Shown piece by piece: positions 1 to 7,906 of a DNA stretch of 35,356 nucleotides; position 1 is the first letter of the stretch; each line of letters begins with the position of its first letter. Made by a program: the position numbers and the translations under genes. The DNA is from Deltaproteobacteria bacterium (GTDB lineage Bacteria; Desulfobacterota; Anaeroferrophillalia; Anaeroferrophillales; Anaeroferrophillaceae), in NCBI GenBank assembly GCA_019306045.1, contig JAFDMG010000005.1, positions 1 through 35,356 on the forward strand, read 5' to 3'. The notes under the pieces are model-generated. The model searched no databases. It was not told where the DNA came from and saw only the letters and a list, made by a program, of their open reading frames with translations.

Positions 1-204
1 GTTTTCCGTCGCCTTGTTCTGCTCGATGTAGCCTTTTTCCTCCAGGGTGGCCAGGAGGCGGAAAACATTGTTCTTGTGTAATTTCAACCGCTTGCTGAGT
101 TCGGTAACCCCAAGTTCATCGACGTCGCCGCTGAACTCCTCCAGCAGCGACAGCGCGTGGGCCACCGCCTGAATGGTGTAGTTCGATTTCTCCCTCTTGG
201 TCAT
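1..204 (-). CDS. IclR-family transcriptional regulator, N-terminal HTH (runs off window start)
   Basis: Manually translated from ATG 204: MTKREKSNYTIQAVAHALSLLEEFSGDVDELGVTELSKRLKLHKNNVFRLLATLEEKGYIEQNKATEN, a typical IclR HTH. Not in the ORF track because it is truncated. Confidence 0.9.
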   Translation of the reverse strand, partial: MTKREKSNYTIQAVAHALSLLEEFSGDVDELGVTELSKRLKLHKNNVFRLLATLEEKGYIEQNKATEN

Positions 205-235
205 CTTCACACCCCGTCCAGATTCAATCCAATAA

Positions 236-251
236 AACCTATTTATAGGTT
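236..251. promoter_or_regulatory. Inverted repeat AACCTAT-tt-ATAGGTT, candidate operator
   Basis: Perfect 7-bp arms in the AT-rich leader, between the predicted promoter and the IclR start. Confidence 0.5.
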
Positions 252-283
252 ATAGTAAAACGATTACCCCTCTTAACCCTCTA

Positions 284-312
284 AAGATAAAATAGCGTTA
301 GACAATTGTCAA
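284..312 (-). promoter_or_regulatory. Sigma70-type promoter for the IclR gene
   Basis: Minus strand TTGACA (312-307), 17 bp spacer, TATCTT (289-284). Confidence 0.6.
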
Positions 313-1388
313 GAAAATATTTTCATCTTTGACGGAAGGAAAAATTGTTTTCCGGACAAGAAAGGCTTCCCCCGGTTTCTGCTCAACCACAGGGAAAGAG
401 CCGCCAGCAGGCTGGAGCAGTCGGCAAGATTCCTGCCAGCTATATCAAACGCTGTCCCATGATCTACCGATGTCCGGATAAAAGGCAGGCCCAGCGTCAA
501 CTGCACGCCATCGGCGAAATGGAGCATTTTGAAGGGGATCAGGCCCTGGTCGTGGTAAAGGGCAACCACGGCCCGGTATTTCCCCTGCCGTGCCTGGTGA
601 AACAAGACGTCAGCCGGCACCGGGCCAACAACGTTCACCTGCCGCCGCCGCAGCTCGGCGATGGCCGGCCGGACAATCGTCTCTTCCTCGCGGCCGAAGG
701 CGCCCTCTTCGCCGCCGTGGGGATTGAGGGCCGCCACCGCCAGTGGCAGCTCAGGGGTCAGCTGCCGCCGGGCCAGGAATTCGGCCAGCAGGAGGGTTTT
801 TTCCACCAGCAGGTCGACGCTCAGGGCCGCCGGCACGGCCGCCAGGGGAATATGGGTGGTCACCAGCATCACCTTCAGCGAAGTGCCCCAGAAGGTCATC
901 GCCACCCGGGATACCCCGGTCAATTCCTGGAGAATTTCCGTGTGGCCGGCATAATTCAGCCCGGCCAGGTGCAGGGAATGCTTGGCCAGGGGGGCGGTGA
1001 CCAGGCCCCGGACTTTCCCGGCCAGGGCCAGCCCGACGGCTTTTTCGACGTAGGCGTAGGCCGCCCGGCCGGCGACGGCCTGATGCCGTCCCGCGGCCAG
1101 CGGCGGCAGCGGCGCCGGCAGGGGGTCGAGAACCGGCACCCGCCGGGCGGCACCCGCGGGCGGCGCCCGGAAGCGGCCCTCCTCATCGGCGGCCGCAAAC
1201 GCTACTTGCTCCCGCAAGCCGGCCGCGGCCGCCGCCCGGTTCAGCCACTCCGGGTCGCCGAGCACCAGCAGCCTGGCAATGAGTTTTGGCTCCAGGCGGA
1301 CCATGGCCTTGGCGATGATTTCCGGACCGATGCCGGCCGGGTCGCCCATGGTCAGCGCCAGACGATAATCCGTGGTTGACAACGTCAT
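309..1388 (-). CDS. pdxA: 4-hydroxythreonine-4-phosphate dehydrogenase
   Basis: Motifs TMGDPAGIGPEI, GHTE, TTHIPL, LNPHGGE, YHDQGLIPFK, RTSVDHGTAFDIAG; start placed at ATG 1388. Confidence 0.93.
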   Translation of the reverse strand: MTLSTTDYRLALTMGDPAGIGPEIIAKAMVRLEPKLIARLLVLGDPEWLNRAAAAAGLREQVAFAAADEEGRFRAPPAGAARRVPVLDPLPAPLPPLAAGRHQAVAGRAAYAYVEKAVGLALAGKVRGLVTAPLAKHSLHLAGLNYAGHTEILQELTGVSRVAMTFWGTSLKVMLVTTHIPLAAVPAALSVDLLVEKTLLLAEFLARRQLTPELPLAVAALNPHGGEEGAFGREEETIVRPAIAELRRRQVNVVGPVPADVLFHQARQGKYRAVVALYHDQGLIPFKMLHFADGVQLTLGLPFIRTSVDHGTAFDIAGRNLADCSSLLAALSLWLSRNRGKPFLSGKQFFLPSKMKIFS

Positions 1389-1486
1389 TGATTTTTCCTT
1401 GCATCCCGGGAATGGTTCGGGTAAACATCGGGATAAACCATCAGCTTTGCCGACGGCCTTTTCGGGTCGCTTTTTAAGGTTAACGG

Positions 1487-2386
1487 ATGACGACGGAAAC
1501 TGCCGCCCCACCCCCCAGGCCCGCCACTCTGGGAGAAAAGCTGCGCCTCTACCTGGAACTGGTCAAGTTTTCCCACACGGTTTTCGCCCTGCCCTTCGCC
1601 CTCATGGGCGCGGTGCTGGCGGCGGGCGGTCTGCCGACCATGGGGCAGCTTTTCTGGATCGTGGTTGCCATGGTCGGGGCCCGCACCGGGGCCATGGCCA
1701 CCAACCGCCTGCTGGACAGCCGCATCGACGCCCTCAACCCGCGGACGAAGGACCGGCCGCTGCCCGCCGGCCTGATCCGGCCGGGGCAGACCTTCCTGCT
1801 CATCCTCGGCAGTTACGCCCTGTTCATCTTTGCCGCCAGCCGGCTCAACCAGTTGTGTTTCATCCTCAGCCCCTACGTGGTCATCGCCCTCTCCGCCTAC
1901 TCCCTGGCCAAAAGATACACCGTCTACACCCACTACTTCCTCGGCTTCTGCCTGGGCATGTCGCCCATCGGCGCCTGGATCGCCGTTACCGGCCACCTGG
2001 CCTGGACGCCGGTGTTCCTCGGCAGCGCCGTGGTCTGCTGGGTGGCCGGCTTCGACCTCCTCTACGCCCTGCAGGACATCGAATTCGACCGCCAGGCGGG
2101 CCTGTTCTCCCTGCCGGCCAGGATCGGCGTTCCCGCATCCCTGGTGCTGGCCAAGCGCCTGCACCTGGCAATGCTGGCCCTGCTGTTTCTCGTCTACCTC
2201 GCCTCGCCCTATCTGGGCTGGCTTTTTCTCCTGGGCCTGCTGCTGGTCGCCGTTCTGCTCCACTACGAACACCAGCTGCTTTCTCCCGCGGACCTGTCAA
2301 AGATCGACGCCGCCTTCTTCACCGTCAACGGCTATGTCAGTCTCTCCCTGTTCATCATCACCCTGCTGGACGTCACCGTCTTCTGA
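1487..2386 (+). CDS. UbiA-family polyprenyltransferase (MqnP/4-hydroxybenzoate-type)
   Basis: VKFSHTVFALPFA, NRLLDSRIDALNPRTKDRPLP, GFDLLYALQDIEFDR; multiple TM segments. Confidence 0.9.
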   Translation: MTTETAAPPPRPATLGEKLRLYLELVKFSHTVFALPFALMGAVLAAGGLPTMGQLFWIVVAMVGARTGAMATNRLLDSRIDALNPRTKDRPLPAGLIRPGQTFLLILGSYALFIFAASRLNQLCFILSPYVVIALSAYSLAKRYTVYTHYFLGFCLGMSPIGAWIAVTGHLAWTPVFLGSAVVCWVAGFDLLYALQDIEFDRQAGLFSLPARIGVPASLVLAKRLHLAMLALLFLVYLASPYLGWLFLLGLLLVAVLLHYEHQLLSPADLSKIDAAFFTVNGYVSLSLFIITLLDVTVF

Positions 2387-2428
2387 CAGCGGTTAAACTA
2401 ACACGAAAAAGCCTGGGTTAACAAGAAA

Positions 2429-3220
2429 ATGCTGCTCACCCTGCTGACCGATTTCGGCTCCCAGAGCCCCTACCTGGCAATCATCAAGGGCATCGCCCTC
2501 TCCCGGCTGCCGGCGCTGACGATCGTGGACGTCTGCAACCAGGTCGAACCGGCCGACATCCGCACCGGGCAGTTCTTTCTCACTTACTGCCACCCGGAAT
2601 TTCCCGCCGGCACCGTGCACCTGGCGGTGATCGACCCCGGCGTCGGCACCGACCGCCTGCCCCTGGCCATCAGAACCAGGGACGGCAGTTTTTATATCGG
2701 CCCCGACAACGGCCTGCTCACCAGCCAGATCAACAATGCCGAGCATCTCTGCCAGATCAGCAACCCCGAAATCATCGCCGACCGGCCGGCGGCGACCTTC
2801 CACGGCCGGGACATCTTCCTCCCCGCCGCCCTGCACCTGCTGGCCGGCAACCCCCTGGCCGACCTGGGTCCCGCCGTGGAACCGGCGGCGCTCGTGCAGG
2901 ATCCCCTGCCCCGGCCCCACCACCAGGACAACCGGATCATCGGCAAGATCATTTACATCGATCCCTTCGGCAACCTGATCACCAACATTGCCCGCGACTT
3001 GCTGCCGGAGGGACGGCCCTTCCGCTGTCAGTTCCGCGGCTGGCTGACCGACACCCTGACCACCACTTACGGCCAGGCACCGCCCCGGGCGACCATCCTC
3101 ACCTGCAGCAGCTTCGGCCTGCTGGAAATCGCCATCAACCGCGGCTCGGCGGCCAAGCGTTTCGCCTTTGACCGCCACCAGCTGGCCACCTCGGAAGTAA
3201 TCATCACCCTTGACGACTGA
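2429..3220 (+). CDS. DUF62 SAM hydroxide adenosyltransferase (chlorinase/fluorinase superfamily)
   Basis: LLTDFG, VIDPGVGTDR, IGPDNGLL, TFHGRDIF, IDPFGNLITN, LEIAINRGSA. Confidence 0.9.
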   Translation: MLLTLLTDFGSQSPYLAIIKGIALSRLPALTIVDVCNQVEPADIRTGQFFLTYCHPEFPAGTVHLAVIDPGVGTDRLPLAIRTRDGSFYIGPDNGLLTSQINNAEHLCQISNPEIIADRPAATFHGRDIFLPAALHLLAGNPLADLGPAVEPAALVQDPLPRPHHQDNRIIGKIIYIDPFGNLITNIARDLLPEGRPFRCQFRGWLTDTLTTTYGQAPPRATILTCSSFGLLEIAINRGSAAKRFAFDRHQLATSEVIITLDD

Positions 3221-3337
3221 ATAAGGGGGCTGCCGTCCGGGCCGCCGCCGACAAAACCGTTGCCAGAACCGCCGGGTTTATGATAGAGCGGAGCCGAAAC
3301 ACGGTATACTGAACCGGAACCAGAGGAGCTGATCCCC

Positions 3338-4693
3338 GTGCCGACCATCGAACCTTTTCGCGGCGTCTATTACAACCCGCAAAAGATAGCCAATCCCGCT
3401 GCCGTTGTCGCCCCGCCCTACGACGTCATCGACACCCAGCTGGGAACAGAACTGCTCGCCCGGAGCCCCTACAACATCATCCGGCTGATCCTGGGCAAAA
3501 GCGCCCGGGAAAAGGGTTCAGCCCGGGAAACGGCGGCCTACCGGCAGGCGGCCGACACCCTGGCCGACTGGTGCCGCCGGGGAATCCTGGTCACCGACGA
3601 CCGGCCGGCCATCTACTACCTGGAAGAGGAATTTACCGCCCTGGGCACCACCTACTGCCGCAAGGGCTTCATCGGCCTGCTGCGCCTTGACGACCTCAAG
3701 CAGGACGCCGTCCTGCCCCACGAGCAGACCATGAGCGGCCCCAAGGAGGACCGTCTGCAGCTGATGCAGGCCTGTCGGGCCAATTTCAGCCAGATTTTCA
3801 CCCTTTACGACGACCCGGACCTGCTGGTCGAGAAAACCCTGCAGCAACACCGCCGGGAAGCGGTCCCCTTCCTGGAAATCCGAGCCGGCGACAGCCTGGA
3901 CGGCATCAGCCGGCGCCTGTGGCGGGTGGTCGAAGAGGACGCCATCCGGAAAGTGCAGGCGGTGCTGGCGCCCCAATCCCTGCTGATCGCCGACGGCCAC
4001 CACCGCTTCGAAACCGCTCTCAAGTACCGGCAGCGGCGGCGGGAACAGGAACCGGACGCGGCGCCCGGCCAGCCCTACGATTTCGTCATGGTCTACGGCA
4101 CCAACACCGCCAGCCCCGACTTGGCCATCCTGCCCACCCACCGCCTGCTCTCCAGCTACCCGGGTTTGAACCCGGACAGCTTCCGGCAGCGGGCCGGGAA
4201 ATTTTTCCAGCTGACGCCCCTGGAACCGCCGGCAGCCGACAGCGGGGAAACCGCCGCCTGGCTGCTGGCCAGGCTGCAGCGGGAAGAGGCGGGAATCCAT
4301 TTCATCGCCGTCGTGGGCAGGCAGCCGGACTATTTTCTCCTCTCCCTGCCGCCGGCAAAGCTCGCCGCCGCCATGGCGGCCATGCCTCCGGCCCTGGCCA
4401 CCATGGACGTTGCCGCCCTGCAGCACCTGCTTTTCGACCGCGCCCTGGGCATCAGCGCCGCCGACATGAAGAGCCAGCGCTACACCAGTTTCACCCAGGA
4501 TGCCGCCGCCGCCATCGACGCCGTCCGGGCGGGCGAAAACCAGCTGGCCATCCTCCTGCGGCCCACTTCCATCTCCCAGGTCCGGCAGGTGGCCACCGCC
4601 GGGGAAAAAATGCCCCAGAAATCCACCTTCTTCTATCCCAAGCTGGTCACCGGCCTGATCCTCTACCTGTTCGACAGCTGCCAACAAGCGTAG
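3338..4693 (+). CDS. DUF1015-family protein (ParB/Srx-like)
   Basis: PFRG, APPYDVI, LPHEQT, IADGHHRFETA, PTHR, MPQKSTFFYPKL; GTG start after GAGGAG. Confidence 0.88.
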   Translation: MPTIEPFRGVYYNPQKIANPAAVVAPPYDVIDTQLGTELLARSPYNIIRLILGKSAREKGSARETAAYRQAADTLADWCRRGILVTDDRPAIYYLEEEFTALGTTYCRKGFIGLLRLDDLKQDAVLPHEQTMSGPKEDRLQLMQACRANFSQIFTLYDDPDLLVEKTLQQHRREAVPFLEIRAGDSLDGISRRLWRVVEEDAIRKVQAVLAPQSLLIADGHHRFETALKYRQRRREQEPDAAPGQPYDFVMVYGTNTASPDLAILPTHRLLSSYPGLNPDSFRQRAGKFFQLTPLEPPAADSGETAAWLLARLQREEAGIHFIAVVGRQPDYFLLSLPPAKLAAAMAAMPPALATMDVAALQHLLFDRALGISAADMKSQRYTSFTQDAAAAIDAVRAGENQLAILLRPTSISQVRQVATAGEKMPQKSTFFYPKLVTGLILYLFDSCQQA

Positions 4694-4725
4694 CCGGCTC
4701 CCACGGCCCTGCCGAAAAACCGCCC

Positions 4726-5424
4726 ATGACCGCCAGCAGAGCACAAGACGAGGTCACCAGCGAAACCATCAGCGGCTGGAACCTGACCGTCAGCCAGCCC
4801 CGCCGGGGCTACCGCTACAACATGGATCCTTTTTTCCTCACCGAGTTCGTCGAGCTGCCGGCCGCCGCCCGGGTTGTCGATCTGGGCACCGGGGTGGGAA
4901 TCATCGCCCTGCTGCTGGCCCGCCGGCATGCCGACTTCGAGGAAATCGTCGGCATCGAGATCCAGAATTCCCTGGCCGAGCTGGCGGCCGCCAACGTCCG
5001 GCGGAACCGGCTGGAAAACCGCATCCGGATCATCCACGGCGACTTTTACCGGCTCAAAGAGCAGCTCGGCGCCGGCGCCTGGACCACGGTGGTCAGCAAC
5101 CCGCCCTATTACCAGCGCTGCCAGGGCCGGCTGAACCGCTGTTCCCAGAAAGCCATCGCCCGCCACGAACTGACCACCAGCCTGGCGGAGCTGGCCGCCA
5201 CCGCCGGCTACCTGCTCAAACCGGGGGGCGAGTTCTATCTCATCTATCCCGCCGAGCGCACTGCCTCTTTGCTGGCCGCCTGCACCGGGGCCCGCCTGAC
5301 CCCCAAAAAGATGCAGTGCCTCCATCCCCGGCCCGGCCAGGCGGCCGAGCTGATCATGCTGCAGGCCCGGAAAGACGGCAATCCCGGCCTGGAGATCAGC
5401 GCTCCCCGTTTCATTCACCCCTGA
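4726..5424 (+). CDS. tRNA1(Val) A37 N6-methyltransferase-like protein (TrmN6/YfiC family)
   Basis: QPRRGYRYNMD, VDLGTGVGII, SNPPYY, AIARHE; real start is ATG 4726 inside the longer 3919 ORF. Confidence 0.85.
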   Translation: MTASRAQDEVTSETISGWNLTVSQPRRGYRYNMDPFFLTEFVELPAAARVVDLGTGVGIIALLLARRHADFEEIVGIEIQNSLAELAAANVRRNRLENRIRIIHGDFYRLKEQLGAGAWTTVVSNPPYYQRCQGRLNRCSQKAIARHELTTSLAELAATAGYLLKPGGEFYLIYPAERTASLLAACTGARLTPKKMQCLHPRPGQAAELIMLQARKDGNPGLEISAPRFIHP

Positions 5425-5498
5425 TCCAGCCACGGTTTCATCGCCGTGGCCCCGCTAAAACATCCGTTTTACCACTGCGGCCGACGGCCAAAAAGACT

Positions 5499-5527
5499 TT
5501 GACAACCACCGGCGATTACGTTATAAA
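5499..5527 (+). promoter_or_regulatory. Sigma70-type promoter upstream of the polyprenyl synthetase gene
   Basis: TTGACA (5499-5504), 17 bp spacer, TATAAA (5522-5527). Confidence 0.65.
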
Positions 5528-5646
5528 ATCACTCACTTTAACGTGTCCGGCAACCGTCGGCGGCAAAAGCCGTCCGGCCGTTTTTGCGCGGGGATCAGCC
5601 GGCCGGAAAAAACAAGTGAAAACCCTCATTCAAGGTTTGCCGATCG

Positions 5647-6633
5647 ATGACCGCCATCGCCACCATCAACGATGTTTTTCAGCTGGTCAAAGCTGAACTC
5701 GAGGAAGCGGAAGCGGCCTATTCGCAATACCTGCAAACCAACGTTTCCCTGATCCCCAAAATCAGCGAGCACATCATCCTCAGCGGCGGCAAGCGCCTGC
5801 GGCCGGTCCTGCTGATCCTCACCATGCGCATGCTGGGCGGCCAACCCGGAGCGGGGACCACGATGGCCGCGGTCATCGAGTTCATCCACACCGCCACCCT
5901 GCTGCACGACGACGTGGTCGACGACGCCGACATGCGCCGGGGGCTGGCGGCCGCCAACACCATTTGGGGCAACGAGGCCTCGGTGCTGGTGGGAGACTTT
6001 CTGTTCTCCACTTCCTTCGATCTGGCCGTCGACCAGGGCAACCTGAAAATCCTCAAGGCCCTGTCGAGCGCCACCCGGAAACTGGCCGAAGGCGAAATCC
6101 TCGAACTGATGAAAACCGCCGACATCAACACCACCCGGCAGGACTACCTTGACATCATCGAGGGCAAAACGGCAATCCTGATGGCCATCGCCGCCGAGAT
6201 CGGGGCTCTGCTGGCCGGCGTCGAGGACGAACGTCAGCAGCAGATGAAGGCTTTCGGGCTCCACCTGGGCATGGCTTTTCAGATGATCGACGACGTCCTG
6301 GATTATACCTCCCGGGAAGAGTCGCTCGGCAAGGCCATCGGCATCGACCTGGAGGAAGGCAAGCTTACCCTGCCGCTGATTCATACCCTGGACAAAGCCA
6401 GCCCGGAAGAACGGGAGAAACTCCGGGAAATCATTCTGGCCGACTACGTCAGCCAGGAAGATTTCGCCTACGTCTACCGGCTGATCAACAAACACGAAGG
6501 AATTGATTTCACCTTGCGGGAAGCCCGTCGCCATATCGACGCCGCCAAACAGATCATTGCCGCCTACCCTGATTCACCATACCGGGAAGCATTGAATTTT
6601 CTGGCCGACTATATCCGGCAGCGGGACCGTTGA
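5647..6633 (+). CDS. ispB: Polyprenyl (octaprenyl-type) diphosphate synthase
   Basis: GGKRLRP, first Asp-rich motif LLHDDVVD..RRG, second motif FQMIDDVLD, GKLTLP. Confidence 0.9.
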   Translation: MTAIATINDVFQLVKAELEEAEAAYSQYLQTNVSLIPKISEHIILSGGKRLRPVLLILTMRMLGGQPGAGTTMAAVIEFIHTATLLHDDVVDDADMRRGLAAANTIWGNEASVLVGDFLFSTSFDLAVDQGNLKILKALSSATRKLAEGEILELMKTADINTTRQDYLDIIEGKTAILMAIAAEIGALLAGVEDERQQQMKAFGLHLGMAFQMIDDVLDYTSREESLGKAIGIDLEEGKLTLPLIHTLDKASPEEREKLREIILADYVSQEDFAYVYRLINKHEGIDFTLREARRHIDAAKQIIAAYPDSPYREALNFLADYIRQRDR

Positions 6634-6849
6634 GGACGCCATTCCGGCAATCTTGCCACCAGACCTGGAAGGTCGCCGAAGAGATCGAAGCCGGACATCT
6701 GGCCGGCTCTGGGCCGCGGTCCCGGGACGGGCGGCGGCAGCCGGAACCCGGCCAGCGAGGACGTTGTTTATCGGCAAGCAAAAAAACAAACATAAAAAGA
6801 TAAAACCACAACCCATACTTCCGAACCCAAACCAAAGGAGGGCTTCCCC

Positions 6850-7176
6850 ATGGCTGGAGAATTTGTCGAATATCTCAACGATGATAATTTTGCCACCACC
6901 ATTGAAGAATCCGAGGTCCCGGTCCTGGTGGACTTTTTCGCCACCTGGTGCGGCCCCTGCACCGCCATGGCCCCGGTGCTGGAGGAGTTCGCCCGTGAGC
7001 AGCAGGGCAAGGTGAAGGTCTTCAAGATCAACGTCGACGAAAACCCCCGCACCCCGGCCAAATACGGCGTTCGCGGCATCCCGACCCTGATCCTGTTCTC
7101 CAAGGGCAAGGAGGTCGACAAGCTGGTGGGCATGGCACCCAAGGAACACCTGGAAACGATGCTCGCCAAAGCCTGA
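6850..7176 (+). CDS. trxA: Thioredoxin
   Basis: WCGPC active site, GIPTL cis-Pro loop, 108 aa, AAGGAG RBS. Confidence 0.95.
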   Translation: MAGEFVEYLNDDNFATTIEESEVPVLVDFFATWCGPCTAMAPVLEEFAREQQGKVKVFKINVDENPRTPAKYGVRGIPTLILFSKGKEVDKLVGMAPKEHLETMLAKA

Positions 7177-7316
7177 TCATCCGGATCCGGGAGAAGATCC
7201 GCCGCTTGCCGGACCTGACAAAATCATACCCGGACCGCCATTACCGGCAGCGGCCCCGCGGGAGCGGCACGACAGGAAGCAGCACGGCAACACTTTTTTC
7301 ACGCAGGAAATTTATC

Positions 7317-7862
7317 ATGTCAGCACGCAGAACCAGACAGACGGCCAGATTTTTTCTTTATACCATGCTCGCTCTCCTGCTCACCTGGACGGCGGGGTGC
7401 GGCAAAAACGAACAGGCGGGCAAAAAAAAGGCCGGCAAGCTGGCCCCGGATTTCTCCCTCGTTTCCCTGGACGGCAAGCAGCTGACCCGGGAATCCCTGC
7501 AGGGCAAGGTCGTCATCCTGGATTTCTGGGCCACCTGGTGCCCGCCCTGCCGGGCGGCGGTGCCCCATCTGGTGGAGCTGGACAAAAAATACCGCGACCA
7601 GGGTCTGGTCATCATCGGCATCAGCCTCGACCGGGGCGGCAAGGATGAAGTACTCAAGTTCGCCCGGGAAAACCAGGTGAGCTACGACCTGGTCCTGGGG
7701 GTCGACAACGACATTCTGAAAAGTTTCAGCGACGTCACCTCCATTCCCACCATCATCCTGCTGAACCAGAAATCGGAAATCGTCTTCCGGGCGGTCGGCT
7801 TCAACGCCGACATTTCCCAGACGGTGGAAAAAAAGGTCAAAGAGCTGCTGCATAAAACCTGA
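7317..7862 (+). CDS. TlpA/ResA-family thiol:disulfide oxidoreductase, probable lipoprotein
   Basis: Lipobox-like TAGC, APDFSL, DFWATWCPPC, SIPT. Confidence 0.88.
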   Translation: MSARRTRQTARFFLYTMLALLLTWTAGCGKNEQAGKKKAGKLAPDFSLVSLDGKQLTRESLQGKVVILDFWATWCPPCRAAVPHLVELDKKYRDQGLVIIGISLDRGGKDEVLKFARENQVSYDLVLGVDNDILKSFSDVTSIPTIILLNQKSEIVFRAVGFNADISQTVEKKVKELLHKT

Positions 7863-7906
7863 ACCGTTTCTTACCGGTTTTGCCAACACGAGGAGCTGAC
7901 AACAAC

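Noticed and set aside
309-400. Possible frameshift at the pdxA C-terminus (tail runs into AT-rich promoter DNA)
   Set aside because: All catalytic motifs are intact, and a variable tail explains it adequately
2429-3220. Fluorinase/chlorinase and halometabolite pathway
   Set aside because: Keeps the hydrolase-type Asp/Arg/His residues and has no biosynthetic cluster context
3919-4725. Apparent long N-terminal extension of the methyltransferase
   Set aside because: Low-complexity alternate frame overlapping DUF1015; the real start is ATG 4726
5530-5646. Riboswitch or ncRNA in the ispB leader
   Set aside because: GC-rich stems are possible but I recognise no family consensus; a covariance-model search would be needed
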